Part shown: positions 1 through 8,263 of the stretch, piece after piece
Layout of the letters: each line of letters begins with the position of its first letter
Position numbering within the stretch: position 1 is the first letter of the stretch
IMG/VR virus record: IMGVR_UViG_3300042463_000422
Location: 5,966-69,965 of that record
Direction: 5' to 3' (one strand)
Length of the DNA: 64,000 nucleotides
Source: a virus
Made by a program: the position numbers and the translations under genes
The notes under the pieces: model-generated
Databases searched by the model: none
What the model was told of the DNA's origin: nothing
Seen by the model: only the letters and a program-made list of their open reading frames with translations

Positions 1-292
1 CGTCCTTGTAGCCGACCTTCTCGATCTTCACCAAACCCTCCAAAGCAGCGATAGCCTTGGCCTCGTCGAGCCACGCGAAGTCGGTGGCGTACCACCCCTG
101 ACGCAGACGGAAGACTTTGACTGCCTCTGCTGGTTTTTGGTAGCCGCGCCACTCACTGCGACGTAGTGCTTCGGAGAGCGTGATTGGGGGTTTGATGCCT
201 CGATCGATGGCCTCAAGACGGATCGCGTCGTTGAGCTCTTCGTTGGTCAGATCGAGTGTCTCGTTTCTGGTGAGTTGACTGAATGGTTTCAT
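1..292 (-). CDS. hypothetical protein, truncated by window edge (MKPFSQLTRNETLDLTNEELNDAIRLEAIDRG...)
   Basis: Translated by hand; ATG at 292 just downstream of the promoter/palindrome at 305-333; open to position 1; not in the ORF track. Confidence 0.75.
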   Translation of the reverse strand, partial: MKPFSQLTRNETLDLTNEELNDAIRLEAIDRGIKPPITLSEALRRSEWRGYQKPAEAVKVFRLRQGWYATDFAWLDEAKAIAALEGLVKIEKVGYKD

Positions 293-304
293 GTTGCGGG
301 AACA

Positions 305-333
305 GGTGTAATACACCCGATATCCCGAGTCAA
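305..333 (-). promoter_or_regulatory. promoter/operator copy 1: TTGACT-N10-GGTGTATTACACC
   Basis: -35-like hexamer plus 13-bp palindrome at a fixed 10-bp spacing, repeated elsewhere in the window. Confidence 0.8.
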
Positions 334-482
334 GAGGCCTGATTGCGTTTTTTTCGGGGAATCGCAACGAACAGGACGCATACACCCAGCGAGAGGGCGA
401 TCGGCCACGTCGCGAGGATGAAGAGGCCGAGGCCGTAGGCCATGCACCAGAGCTCGAGGGCGATTTTCTTGATGAAATCCAT
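330..482 (-). CDS. 50-aa small membrane protein (MDFIKKIALELWCMAYGLGLFILATWPIALSLGVCVLFVAIPRKKRNQAS)
   Basis: Hand-translated; hydrophobic stretch plus basic tail; fills the gap between genes. Confidence 0.6.
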   Translation of the reverse strand: MDFIKKIALELWCMAYGLGLFILATWPIALSLGVCVLFVAIPRKKRNQAS

Positions 483-502
483 AGACTGAGAATCTCAAGC
501 CG

Positions 503-1045
503 TCACTCGCAAGACCACACTTCGTTCGAGAGTTTGAGCCCTGTCGGCCACTGGGGCTCCACAAACGACTTCTCCATGAAGAGCACCTTGTCGGTCGGCT
601 GGATCGTCAACCTCCCGTTGTAGAGCTTGATGAACATGAACTCCTTGGCCTGTGATGGGTGCCGAGAAAACCCGTCGTCGATGGGCGCTGCCGTGAAGAT
701 GTACTCACCGTCCAGCGTATTGACGCCGCATTTCGCTGAGCACTCAACCCCACGCAGGTAAGTGTACTCGATGGTGGAGAAATCTCGTCCGTAGCAGTCC
801 CATCGCTGAGCTTGCTGCGGAGTCCAGATCGCATCTGGCTTCTCGTTGAAGGCCATCAGGTGCGGCGGGATCGATCTGTAGACCGCCCCGCATTCCAGCA
901 TGACCGTGCATCCCCACATTCGGCCCGGTATCGAGACCAGACCGAACCAGACGCATGGCACGAACCCTTCACCGTTGCTGATGGCCGCTGCATCAACGTA
1001 GCAGTATTGGTGGTGCGGCAGTTGTCCTGACTGATGGTAGCTCAA
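503..1045 (-). CDS. phage hypothetical protein
   Basis: 180 aa; TTG start with AAGGAGG Shine-Dalgarno; protein-like composition. Confidence 0.8.
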   Translation of the reverse strand: MSYHQSGQLPHHQYCYVDAAAISNGEGFVPCVWFGLVSIPGRMWGCTVMLECGAVYRSIPPHLMAFNEKPDAIWTPQQAQRWDCYGRDFSTIEYTYLRGVECSAKCGVNTLDGEYIFTAAPIDDGFSRHPSQAKEFMFIKLYNGRLTIQPTDKVLFMEKSFVEPQWPTGLKLSNEVWSCE

Positions 1046-1064
1046 TCGATGTCCTCCTTCTTGG

Positions 1065-1316
1065 TTAAACCCACTCGGGCATCGCTTTCTTCAGCGCGGC
1101 AAGGGTGCAGTCTGTGCCGTCAGCGAGGTTGCGGTGCTGGTTAAGGGTGCTGAGGATGGCGGTCTCCAGCGCCCTGTTCCTATCCAGCAGCCTGTTGAGC
1201 TCCTTCACGATGGAAGTCGGTTTGGTGTCAGAAAGGATGGACAACTCAGGGGTGCCAATCAGGAAGCCGTGTCTCGGAGGAATGTTTGGAAGTCGCTCGA
1301 TGACATATCGCCTCAC
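1065..1316 (-). CDS. hypothetical protein
   Basis: GTG start overlapping the upstream TGA (GTGA) with AAGGAGG SD. Confidence 0.7.
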   Translation of the reverse strand: MRRYVIERLPNIPPRHGFLIGTPELSILSDTKPTSIVKELNRLLDRNRALETAILSTLNQHRNLADGTDCTLAALKKAMPEWV

Positions 1317-1504
1317 AGCTTGGCCTCCTTGACTCCCATGTAGGTCTTCCATTTCTTTGTGCGGATGCAGGCCAAACAATCTGTGTCTCTGGCATCATAC
1401 CCTGCAATGGCAGTAGAACTGACCAGACCACATGCAATGCGTCCGCTGTTAACGCGAAAGTGGGTTGGTCTGCCCAATCTGATGTCATATCTCACATATT
1501 TCAC
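1313..1504 (-). CDS. small Cys-containing hypothetical protein ending VKEAKL
   Basis: GTGA coupling and SD; H..CG..CxxC pattern. Confidence 0.65.
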   Translation of the reverse strand: MKYVRYDIRLGRPTHFRVNSGRIACGLVSSTAIAGYDARDTDCLACIRTKKWKTYMGVKEAKL

Positions 1505-1522
1505 AGCTTGGCCTCCTTGACT
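1313..1522. repeat. 22-bp direct repeat tcacagcttggcctccttgact at 1313-1334 and 1501-1522
   Basis: Exact match; carries SD plus overlapping stop/start. Confidence 0.9.
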
Positions 1523-1761
1523 TTGAACCAGTTCTCGGATGCGCTTTGGCAAGCCCGACAAGGCCCACCGCATCCACACCCACATCCCAGTCGTTCTTCG
1601 ACTGCATCCCCAGCCTCCTCCAGCCGCTTGATGCGTTCTTGCTGTTCCTCCAGACGCTGCGCTGCCTCAGCAATCGCAGCGTTAGCAACGCCGTCCTCTG
1701 ACTCGATGTCGTTGGCGAGCGTACGTATCGCCGCTACCAGTGTTTCGATGGGGGTTGTCAT
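1501..1761 (-). CDS. hypothetical protein (coiled coil RIKRLEEAGD + Cys cluster, ends VKEAKL)
   Basis: 86 aa ORF coupled to neighbours. Confidence 0.8.
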   Translation of the reverse strand: MTTPIETLVAAIRTLANDIESEDGVANAAIAEAAQRLEEQQERIKRLEEAGDAVEERLGCGCGCGGPCRACQSASENWFKVKEAKL

Positions 1762-1958
1762 TTCACCTCCTGCCGCTTGATGAACTCATCCAGAGCTACA
1801 TCTGCTATGTACTGGAGCTTGTAGCCGGTCTTCTGAGCGAACGCCTTGAAACGTGCGTGAGTCTCAGGTGAGACAAGCAACACCTTGTACGGGTCTCGCT
1901 CCCTGAGCGTCTTGACGGTGGCCTTCTTCGGTTCTGGAGGCTTGGTTTTGATTGGCAT
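1758..1958 (-). CDS. small ribbon-helix-helix-like DNA-binding protein
   Basis: KVLLVSPETHARFKAFAQKTGYKLQYIADVALDEFI fits a strand-helix-helix pattern. Confidence 0.6.
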   Translation of the reverse strand: MPIKTKPPEPKKATVKTLRERDPYKVLLVSPETHARFKAFAQKTGYKLQYIADVALDEFIKRQEVK

Positions 1959-1960
1959 GG

Positions 1961-2197
1961 TTATCCCCCGTAGCTCTTGATCTCGTCATTCATCGAGGAG
2001 ATCTGCGACTTCAGTTCTTCGATCTCGCCTTCAAGGTCTTTGGTCTTGTCTTTCAGCGCCTCGATCTCCTTGTCCTTCTCGTCGATGACATCATCGAGTC
2101 TGGTGACAACCTCGATGAGGGACTGGATCTTCCCGATGATGACGCTCTCTGCGTCGTTAATGACGCGGTCCTCGTGTGCGGTGGTGTTGGTTGGCAT
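1961..2197 (-). CDS. acidic coiled-coil hypothetical protein
   Basis: Heptad pattern over about 55 aa. Confidence 0.7.
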   Translation of the reverse strand: MPTNTTAHEDRVINDAESVIIGKIQSLIEVVTRLDDVIDEKDKEIEALKDKTKDLEGEIEELKSQISSMNDEIKSYGG

Positions 2198-2199
2198 GG

Positions 2200-3177
2200 T
2201 TACTGGTCCTTGTAGTTGCGGTTGATGATCTTGAATCCGAGTGGTCGTCCGATGCCCATGGCTTCTCCATCGATCGGGCGAACAACGATTCCCTCGGCAG
2301 GCTTGCCGTCAGGCAGCGTCACGATGTCGGCGACGCTTTGCAGGTGCTCAATGGTTTCATCGAGAGTAACGGTAACTACAGGAACCCATTTGCACTGGAA
2401 CTTGTCTCGGCACACCTGAGCCATATCGATGTATCGAAGCCATTTGCCATTGGTGAGATCACGGATCTGGTAGACGACGAGCGTAGGCTCAGTGAGCTTC
2501 AACTGGTTCCCCTGCACACCCGGCCCCATCAACTCGCCTTGGATGACGCAGTTGGCACCCGGCGGGATGGTCAGCTTCCTCGCAGCAATCCAAAACCCGT
2601 TCGAGGCTGATTCCTTGAGCGACAGGTTGCGGCTACAGACGTGCGTGATGTTACCATCGACAACCACGATGGTGCATGAAGAACCGTCCAGCTTCAGCGT
2701 GGCGACGCACGGCTTCGACAGCGTGTGCTTCACGATATCAGGATGGCTCAGGCCATTGTCCTCGTCGGTCTTCGGGGCGTAGGAGGTTGGGAAAGCTCCA
2801 GCCACCTCACCGGACAGGCACGCCGGGATCTCCTTCTCGTACTTCTTGATACCCAGTTCGCCGCCCACGTCAGCGCCCTCCTGCCAGCCACGGACGTGCT
2901 CAGGAAGTATCGAGAGCGGCTGGACAAGTCCCTGACTGTACTCACCGCGCAGGCGGATCGTGTTGAGCCGAATCGGCTTGTCGCCCTTCTTCAGGAACGC
3001 CGACCACTCGGCATCGGGCAAGATGGTGTCGATGGGGATGAAAACGACGGACTCACCGGCCTTGAACTCGCCCTTGCGGACGATGATCTGCCACCCGAGA
3101 ACCTTGGCGATTTCGAGCGAGTCTGCGTTGCTGTGAGGAACGATGTCCTTGATGACTTCGATGCTGGCTAGTTTCAT
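2200..3177 (-). CDS. ATP-dependent RNA ligase, DRB0094 family
   Basis: N-terminal PHSNADSLEIAKVLGWQIIVRKGEF, motif I KLDGSS, QGELMGPGVQGN, EGIVVR, FKIIN. Confidence 0.9.
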   Translation of the reverse strand: MKLASIEVIKDIVPHSNADSLEIAKVLGWQIIVRKGEFKAGESVVFIPIDTILPDAEWSAFLKKGDKPIRLNTIRLRGEYSQGLVQPLSILPEHVRGWQEGADVGGELGIKKYEKEIPACLSGEVAGAFPTSYAPKTDEDNGLSHPDIVKHTLSKPCVATLKLDGSSCTIVVVDGNITHVCSRNLSLKESASNGFWIAARKLTIPPGANCVIQGELMGPGVQGNQLKLTEPTLVVYQIRDLTNGKWLRYIDMAQVCRDKFQCKWVPVVTVTLDETIEHLQSVADIVTLPDGKPAEGIVVRPIDGEAMGIGRPLGFKIINRNYKDQ

Positions 3178-3204
3178 GTGGTTTCTTGGTGTGTTTCGAT
3201 GCTG

Positions 3205-3465
3205 TTAGTTCTGACCGAACTCAGCGTTTTCTGATCCGGCAATCTGTTTGGCCTTTTCCCTGACGATCTCTTTCTGCATTCGCACCCATTCATCAATCTG
3301 ACCAATGCGGGCATAGAAGTTCCCTGTGCCCATTGCGATGTGGGTCGTCTCTCCAGTGTCTGGATTGTGCGAATTGGTAAACACCTGGATGGTATCGAAC
3401 CTATCCGAGATGCTCTCGATCAGGCTCTGAATCAGTTCCGACTCTTCTTGGTATTTCTCGTCCAT
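3205..3465 (-). CDS. hypothetical protein (86 aa, MDEKYQEE...)
   Basis: Start re-set to ATG 3465 (GGAG SD); GNFYARIG motif. Confidence 0.7.
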   Translation of the reverse strand: MDEKYQEESELIQSLIESISDRFDTIQVFTNSHNPDTGETTHIAMGTGNFYARIGQIDEWVRMQKEIVREKAKQIAGSENAEFGQN

Positions 3466-3800
3466 TTTGTTTGCTCCCTTTTGTGACCGTTCATAATGCT
3501 GCTGATGTAGCTCTGTGCGACTCCGTACTTGGCTGATAGATCCTTGAGCAACACACCCTTCTTGCGCTCTGCAACGATTGCCCGGATTTTCTCCTCGCTG
3601 TGAACACATGGCCAATGCGAGTCCCCGCGTGTGTAGATGTCCTTGGTTGGCAGCTTCTCGAGATACTTGATCCTGTAGAATGTTCTCGTTGAGATGTGCC
3701 ACTTGCTCGTGATCTCGGCCACGGTGCAGCCCCTCTTCAAATCGTTGATGACACCCTTGATGTCATCCAACGGTAGACGAATCGGCTTACTGCTTATCAT
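3432..3800 (-). CDS. tandem HTH protein, resembling the DNA-binding tail of HNH homing endonucleases without the nuclease
   Basis: TVAEITSKWHISTRTFYRI and RGDSH...LKDLSAKYGVAQSYISSIMNG. Confidence 0.7.
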   Translation of the reverse strand: MISSKPIRLPLDDIKGVINDLKRGCTVAEITSKWHISTRTFYRIKYLEKLPTKDIYTRGDSHWPCVHSEEKIRAIVAERKKGVLLKDLSAKYGVAQSYISSIMNGHKREQTKWTRNTKKSRN

Positions 3801-3978
3801 CGTCTTTGAATGTAAAGTACTCAGTGAGCTCCCGCATGACTGCCATGTGGATGTTCTCAGTGAGGTTCTCAACAGTTCTCGGCTGGACTGACGGCGCAGC
3901 ACTCTCGGTGTTGCGGATTCCTTGACCAACTCCGTCAAGGACTAGGCGACTGATAATTGCGTACAGGTTTGGTTTCAT
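3787..3978 (-). CDS. phage hypothetical protein (63 aa, MKPNLYAIISRLV...)
   Basis: Start re-set to ATG 3978. Confidence 0.7.
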   Translation of the reverse strand: MKPNLYAIISRLVLDGVGQGIRNTESAAPSVQPRTVENLTENIHMAVMRELTEYFTFKDDDKQ

Positions 3979-4121
3979 GGTGTTGATGGTGTTAGGAGGA
4001 GAGCCCCCCAGTGCCATCGCGCACCAGGGGGCATAGACCACACGGGCCGGATTGATTCGATCATCCCACTCGGGAGTCGATCCGAACTCGCGACTTTCGG
4101 GCGGGGCAAACCGCCCAAAAA

Positions 4122-4364
4122 CTATTTCTCGATGCGAACCCCTTGTCCGTTGCCGTCGATCACCTCGACTGCTCGGATGTTTTTGAGGTTCGTGAAAATT
4201 GTATCTGCCAGTTTATGGATTGGCAGACCGGTTGACATGATCGCGTGACCGACCACGTCATTGTATTCGTACTCCTTGAGGAGCCCCGTCTCCGACCGCC
4301 AAACCGTCACGGTGCGACCACCTGTAAGGGAAAGACGGGTCACGCTGGAGATTGTCTTGCTCAT
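4122..4364 (-). CDS. hypothetical protein
   Basis: 80 aa ORF, ATGA coupled. Confidence 0.75.
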   Translation of the reverse strand: MSKTISSVTRLSLTGGRTVTVWRSETGLLKEYEYNDVVGHAIMSTGLPIHKLADTIFTNLKNIRAVEVIDGNGQGVRIEK

Positions 4365-4636
4365 TTCAGGCGCATCTCCAACTGGCCGATGGCATGATGC
4401 CAGGTCTCATCAAGGCTGATACGCTCAACCTTGCGGCTGTACTTCTGCCTGAAGCAGATCATGCCTTTTTCGACCCACGCCGTAACGCGGAGACCACCGA
4501 CTTGGAGCGTGCCGATTTGACGCTTTGCTGCGACTCGTCGGCTTGGAACAGGCGATGCCTGACGTACTGGGATCGAGTCATCTGCTTGGAGGCGGAAGAC
4601 TTGTCCAGTTCCTTCAATTGAGGCTTGGAGATCCAT
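4361..4636 (-). CDS. hypothetical protein; start uncertain, overlaps the RHH gene
   Basis: C-terminal half is protein-like and its stop is coupled to the next ATG. Confidence 0.45.
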   Translation of the reverse strand: MDLQASIEGTGQVFRLQADDSIPVRQASPVPSRRVAAKRQIGTLQVGGLRVTAWVEKGMICFRQKYSRKVERISLDETWHHAIGQLEMRLK

Positions 4637-4677
4637 ACTGCTAGTAGTGCTTGAGATTTTCCCCGTTGGTTAGGCAT
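4459..4677 (-). CDS. ribbon-helix-helix (CopG/Arc-like) regulator
   Basis: ALLAVWISKPQLKELDKSSASKQMTRSQYVRHRL; ATG 14 nt downstream of palindrome copy 2. Confidence 0.7.
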   Translation of the reverse strand: MPNQRGKSQALLAVWISKPQLKELDKSSASKQMTRSQYVRHRLFQADESQQSVKSARSKSVVSALRRGSKKA

Positions 4678-4690
4678 CTTCGTTTCGGAA

Positions 4691-4719
4691 GGTGTCTTAC
4701 ACCGAGGCGTGATTGTCAA
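4691..4719 (-). promoter_or_regulatory. promoter/operator copy 2: TTGACA-N10-GGTGTAAGACACC
   Basis: Same motif and spacing. Confidence 0.8.
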
Positions 4720-4730
4720 ATCTGAATTGG

Positions 4731-4922
4731 TCATTGGCTCGGCTGGAGCGGCTTAAATTTCGCGAGAAACTCAGCCTCAGTGCGCACATAAAACCGCAGT
4801 CTCTTGGTGTAGATGACGCATGGCTGACGAACCTCGCCAATCCTAAACTCCGCATCCGGACACACGACTTCGACCACGGTGTTTTGGTTGTGGACACTCT
4901 GGTACTTGTCTCCTGGATTCAT
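4731..4922 (-). CDS. DUF1653-like small protein
   Basis: Y..V.....V.VV ... VIY ... YVRTEAEFLAKF pattern. Confidence 0.6.
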   Translation of the reverse strand: MNPGDKYQSVHNQNTVVEVVCPDAEFRIGEVRQPCVIYTKRLRFYVRTEAEFLAKFKPLQPSQ

Positions 4923-5125
4923 ACGATGCACTTCTGGACTCCGAGTTTCTCGAGCGCCTTGATGATGCACACTCCGCACCACTTGCCGGCGATTCCGTGA
5001 AGGTCGACCCCGTTGTTCGGCGTCGTGTTGATGACCGGCATTGAACCTCCGTGAATCGGGCAGTGCGGAGGATCGAACTGCTCCAGCTTGGAAACATCGA
5101 TTTTCTTCTCTGGTTGGTTAGCCAT
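4919..5125 (-). CDS. small Zn-binding hypothetical protein
   Basis: CPIH and CGVC motifs. Confidence 0.7.
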   Translation of the reverse strand: MANQPEKKIDVSKLEQFDPPHCPIHGGSMPVINTTPNNGVDLHGIAGKWCGVCIIKALEKLGVQKCIV

Positions 5126-5133
5126 GTGGAAAA

Positions 5134-5162
5134 GGTGTAATACACCCAAAGCGTCATGTCAA
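5134..5162 (-). promoter_or_regulatory. promoter/operator copy 3: TTGACA-N10-GGTGTATTACACC
   Basis: Same motif and spacing. Confidence 0.8.
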
Positions 5163-5870
5163 GGACACGAATTGCATCAGGGCAGATCGGAGGTCAGGCC
5201 CGGTGTAGGACGGGCTTTTCATCAGCTTCCCGTCCTGATTCTTGATGCGGTAGCACCGGTCACTGGTCACGCCTGCTACCTTGGTCTCGGTCCACTTCAA
5301 GCTCTCGATTTTCAACTGGTTGTCATGCACCTCGGGCAGCGTCCACAGTTTGGTGTCGTTGCTGGTACACACAGCGCCTAGCGCATCCCAGAAGCGCACG
5401 GAGTAGTAGGTGGAGAGCGCGATCAGATCCAGCAACACCGCCTTGGCGTCAGAGGCCTGCAGCCTGTCCGTGTCCTCCACCCCTTTAATGAACAGGCCGA
5501 TACGCCCCTCCAGAGCGAGCACGTTCATGTCGGTTGACCTCGAGAACGAGATGTTGTCGAGCATGACGCCGTAGGCGTTAAGAAGACCCAGAATCGTGAA
5601 AGCCACGTCACCGATATCATCGGCGACATTTTCTCGGATGTTGTCGATCTTCTTGGTGATACCCTCCTCGAATAGTGCTGGAACCGAACTGAGCAGTTCG
5701 TTGTAGGTGGCGGCGTGGATGATGTACTCGTCATACCACTCGGACTTTACGAACCCCAGCTGCCTCTTGCAGAACTCGGGATCACGTTGCGTTGGTGTCT
5801 TCGTAACGGGCTGGGCTGCGACATCGCGCTGCCAGTTGAAGACGCGCTCTTGGTAGGATCTGATTTTCAT
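5154..5870 (-). CDS. MazG-like (all-alpha) NTP pyrophosphohydrolase
   Basis: SEWYDEY, ENVADDIGDVAF, SNDTK and C-terminal DGKLMKSPSYTGPDL. Confidence 0.8.
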   Translation of the reverse strand: MKIRSYQERVFNWQRDVAAQPVTKTPTQRDPEFCKRQLGFVKSEWYDEYIIHAATYNELLSSVPALFEEGITKKIDNIRENVADDIGDVAFTILGLLNAYGVMLDNISFSRSTDMNVLALEGRIGLFIKGVEDTDRLQASDAKAVLLDLIALSTYYSVRFWDALGAVCTSNDTKLWTLPEVHDNQLKIESLKWTETKVAGVTSDRCYRIKNQDGKLMKSPSYTGPDLRSALMQFVSLT

Positions 5871-7189
5871 TCGTCGAATAGTGATGTTGGATCGAATCGT
5901 GTGAGCTCTGGCCTGAAGCTGAACGGGATATCCACCCCTGCCTGACCCGCCCGTTGCTTGGCGATGAACAGGTTGATTCTCCTCGGTCCAGATTGGGCAG
6001 CCTCTGAGTCTTGTTGCTCAGCGGGGTAGAGCATTCCGACAAGGTCGGCATCTTGCTCAATGGCACCTGACTCGCGCAGATCGCTGAGCCGGGGTTTTCG
6101 GTTTCCATCACGCTCAATGGCGCGGTTCAGCTGGGCCAGAAGAACGATCGGTATCTTAAGTTCTTTGGCCAGCAGCTTCATGTTGCGGCTGATCGCATCG
6201 ATCTGCTCGCGTCTTTCCTTGCCCTCAGAGGCCGTGATCAACTGCAGGTAGTCGATGGCAAGCACCTTCAATCCTGAAGATCGAACCCAACGACGCGCCT
6301 TGGCAGCGATGCTCTGAGCGGTCTGATTGGGCTTGTCGTTGACCATGATCTTGTGCTTGGCCAGTCGGGCAGTAGCTGTTGTCAACTTCCTGAGCTCACC
6401 CTCATTCGGTTGATTGCGTTGATCGTACTTGCCGACATCCACCTGAGACTCAATTGCAAGCATGCGCATGCCGACCTCTTCGGCGCTCATCTCCAGGCTC
6501 ACGAAACCAGTCTGCACACCACTGGAGCAGAGTGAGGTCAAAAGACTCAAGGTGAACGCCGTCTTGCCGGCACCCGGGCGACCAGCAACCACGAACACCT
6601 GACCCGGACGCAATCCTCCCCTGAGGATTCTGTCCATGAAGGTCCACCCAGTTGGGATGGCGTCGCTCTTGCCGGCACAACGCTCCTGAATGAGGTCGAT
6701 GGCCGAAGTGGCTATCTGCTTGGCGGTGAAGTCGCTGTCAACGGAGTGCTCATTCCTGATCCCCATCAGTTTGGCTTCAAAACTGTCCAGCACCATGTCC
6801 ACCTTGGCAGCCCCGGAATAGGCCGTGTTGATGGCCTCTTGCGAGATCTCAATGAGCTTTCTGGCCCGCTGTTTGTCCCGTGCAATGTCCAGATAGTAGG
6901 GGAGGTTTGATGCGCTCGGGACAGCGTCCATCGCCTCGGACACGAACGCAATCCCGCCGACACGGTTGAACGAGTCGCCCTTGAGCCGGTTCGCGATCGT
7001 GACCATATCGATCGGAATGCGGTCGTCCCGCATCTTGATGATGATCTCCCACAGGTCATGGCATCGAACATCGTAGAACCAGTCCGCCTTGATGCCGCCG
7101 TTTATCGCGTCATCGATGGCGTTGTTGTTCAGCAAACAACACCCTATCACGCCAACTTCGGCTTCTTGTGAGAAAGGAGGCTCCCTCAC
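5867..7189 (-). CDS. dnaB: replicative DNA helicase
   Basis: PPFSQEAE N-terminus, AGRPGAGKT, SLEMS, IDYLQL, AQLNR, SDLRESGAIEQDAD, KQR. Confidence 0.97.
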   Translation of the reverse strand: MREPPFSQEAEVGVIGCCLLNNNAIDDAINGGIKADWFYDVRCHDLWEIIIKMRDDRIPIDMVTIANRLKGDSFNRVGGIAFVSEAMDAVPSASNLPYYLDIARDKQRARKLIEISQEAINTAYSGAAKVDMVLDSFEAKLMGIRNEHSVDSDFTAKQIATSAIDLIQERCAGKSDAIPTGWTFMDRILRGGLRPGQVFVVAGRPGAGKTAFTLSLLTSLCSSGVQTGFVSLEMSAEEVGMRMLAIESQVDVGKYDQRNQPNEGELRKLTTATARLAKHKIMVNDKPNQTAQSIAAKARRWVRSSGLKVLAIDYLQLITASEGKERREQIDAISRNMKLLAKELKIPIVLLAQLNRAIERDGNRKPRLSDLRESGAIEQDADLVGMLYPAEQQDSEAAQSGPRRINLFIAKQRAGQAGVDIPFSFRPELTRFDPTSLFDE

Positions 7190-8055
7190 TTGGCACCCCC
7201 GACCGCGGCCTTGAGCTCGAAGTACCGCTTCTTCATGGCTTCAAACTCCTGCTTCTGCGCTTCGGTCACCAGATCTCCGAACATCGCCTCGTGCCGTGGG
7301 TTCGCTACGTGCGCAGAAAGCCGCTCCACGAGGTTTTTAAGCTCATCTGGGGTGGAGACAGCGGACTTGCCATCAGGACGCGCTGTAGGGGCTGTAGCGC
7401 CCCAATGGTTCATCAAGGCCATCGGAGTCAGCACAGCATCGCGGAAGACGCGCCGATAGCCAGCGACGTGAGCATCGATCATCTCCTTGGTCAGGCTAGG
7501 CTCAGCCTTCTTGATTCCAGCCAGAGCAACCCCAACCCGCTTCCACTCGCCCTCGGTCATGCGTGTCACGTCCGATCCGCAAGCCTTGGCCAGATGGTCC
7601 GCAAGCTCGTTCCTTGGGCGCTCTTTCGCGGCACCGCCGCTCTCTTTCTTATGGTCTTCTTCTATAGTATTATTAGGTGACGGCTTTCCAGTTACTGGAA
7701 ACCCGCACTGGTTTTCCGCGCATAAAGGGGTGTTTTGAGCGGATTTCCAGTCAACGGATGGAGTGTCAGTGAATGTCCAAATCCTCTTGGAAAACCTCCC
7801 GTCAGCGGCCGTGTCTGTTTCCTCAAGGGATGCGTACCCAAGCTCTTTGAGCTCATTGAACACGGCCGCGATGGCATCACGCCCCTCGCAGCAATGCTCA
7901 GTTACCCACGCTTTGGTAACGACCCATTCGTCCATATTCGACAGGATCATGCACAGAAGCCCCTTGGCGCGAAGTGACATCTTGGAGCGCAGCAGCGAGT
8001 TGGGGATGATGGTGAAGCCGCCCTCCCGGCGCTGCACCCTGATGATTGTTTTCAT
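7186..8055 (-). CDS. phage replication initiator (N-terminal winged helix)
   Basis: FTIIPNSLL..MSLRAKGLL..ILS..DEW...GRDAI...ELKELGY; immediately upstream of dnaB. Confidence 0.85.
   Translation of the reverse strand: MKTIIRVQRREGGFTIIPNSLLRSKMSLRAKGLLCMILSNMDEWVVTKAWVTEHCCEGRDAIAAVFNELKELGYASLEETDTAADGRFSKRIWTFTDTPSVDWKSAQNTPLCAENQCGFPVTGKPSPNNTIEEDHKKESGGAAKERPRNELADHLAKACGSDVTRMTEGEWKRVGVALAGIKKAEPSLTKEMIDAHVAGYRRVFRDAVLTPMALMNHWGATAPTARPDGKSAVSTPDELKNLVERLSAHVANPRHEAMFGDLVTEAQKQEFEAMKKRYFELKAAVGGAK
7661..7751. repeat. candidate replication origin: GGnTTTCC(A/G) iterons plus AT-rich patch inside the initiator gene
   Basis: ggctttccagt 7682, inverted actggaaacc 7694, ggttttccgcg 7710, ggatttccagt 7741; AT-rich 7661-7677. 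Confidence 0.6.
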
Positions 8056-8234
8056 CGGTCGGTGAAAAAGCCCGTTTCAGTAAACTGGAAAAAAGAACCC
8101 CACGTAGTCCAAGGGGGAGAGATCGCTGGGGCGGATCAGCGAAACCTCGGAAAACGTGGGGCAAAAAACTGTGATTGAACCGCGCCTACTAAACATCCTC
8201 GACTCTCCTCTCACCGATCGCCGAGGACGCTGAA

Positions 8235-8263
8235 CTTGTAATACACCGCAGACAACCTGTCAA
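8235..8263 (-). promoter_or_regulatory. promoter/operator copy 4 (imperfect): TTGACA-N10-GGTGTATTACAAG
   Basis: Same spacing; upstream of the replication operon leader. Confidence 0.75.

Noticed and set aside
3432-3800. HNH homing endonuclease
   Set aside because: Only HTH-type segments are present; no HNH catalytic motif
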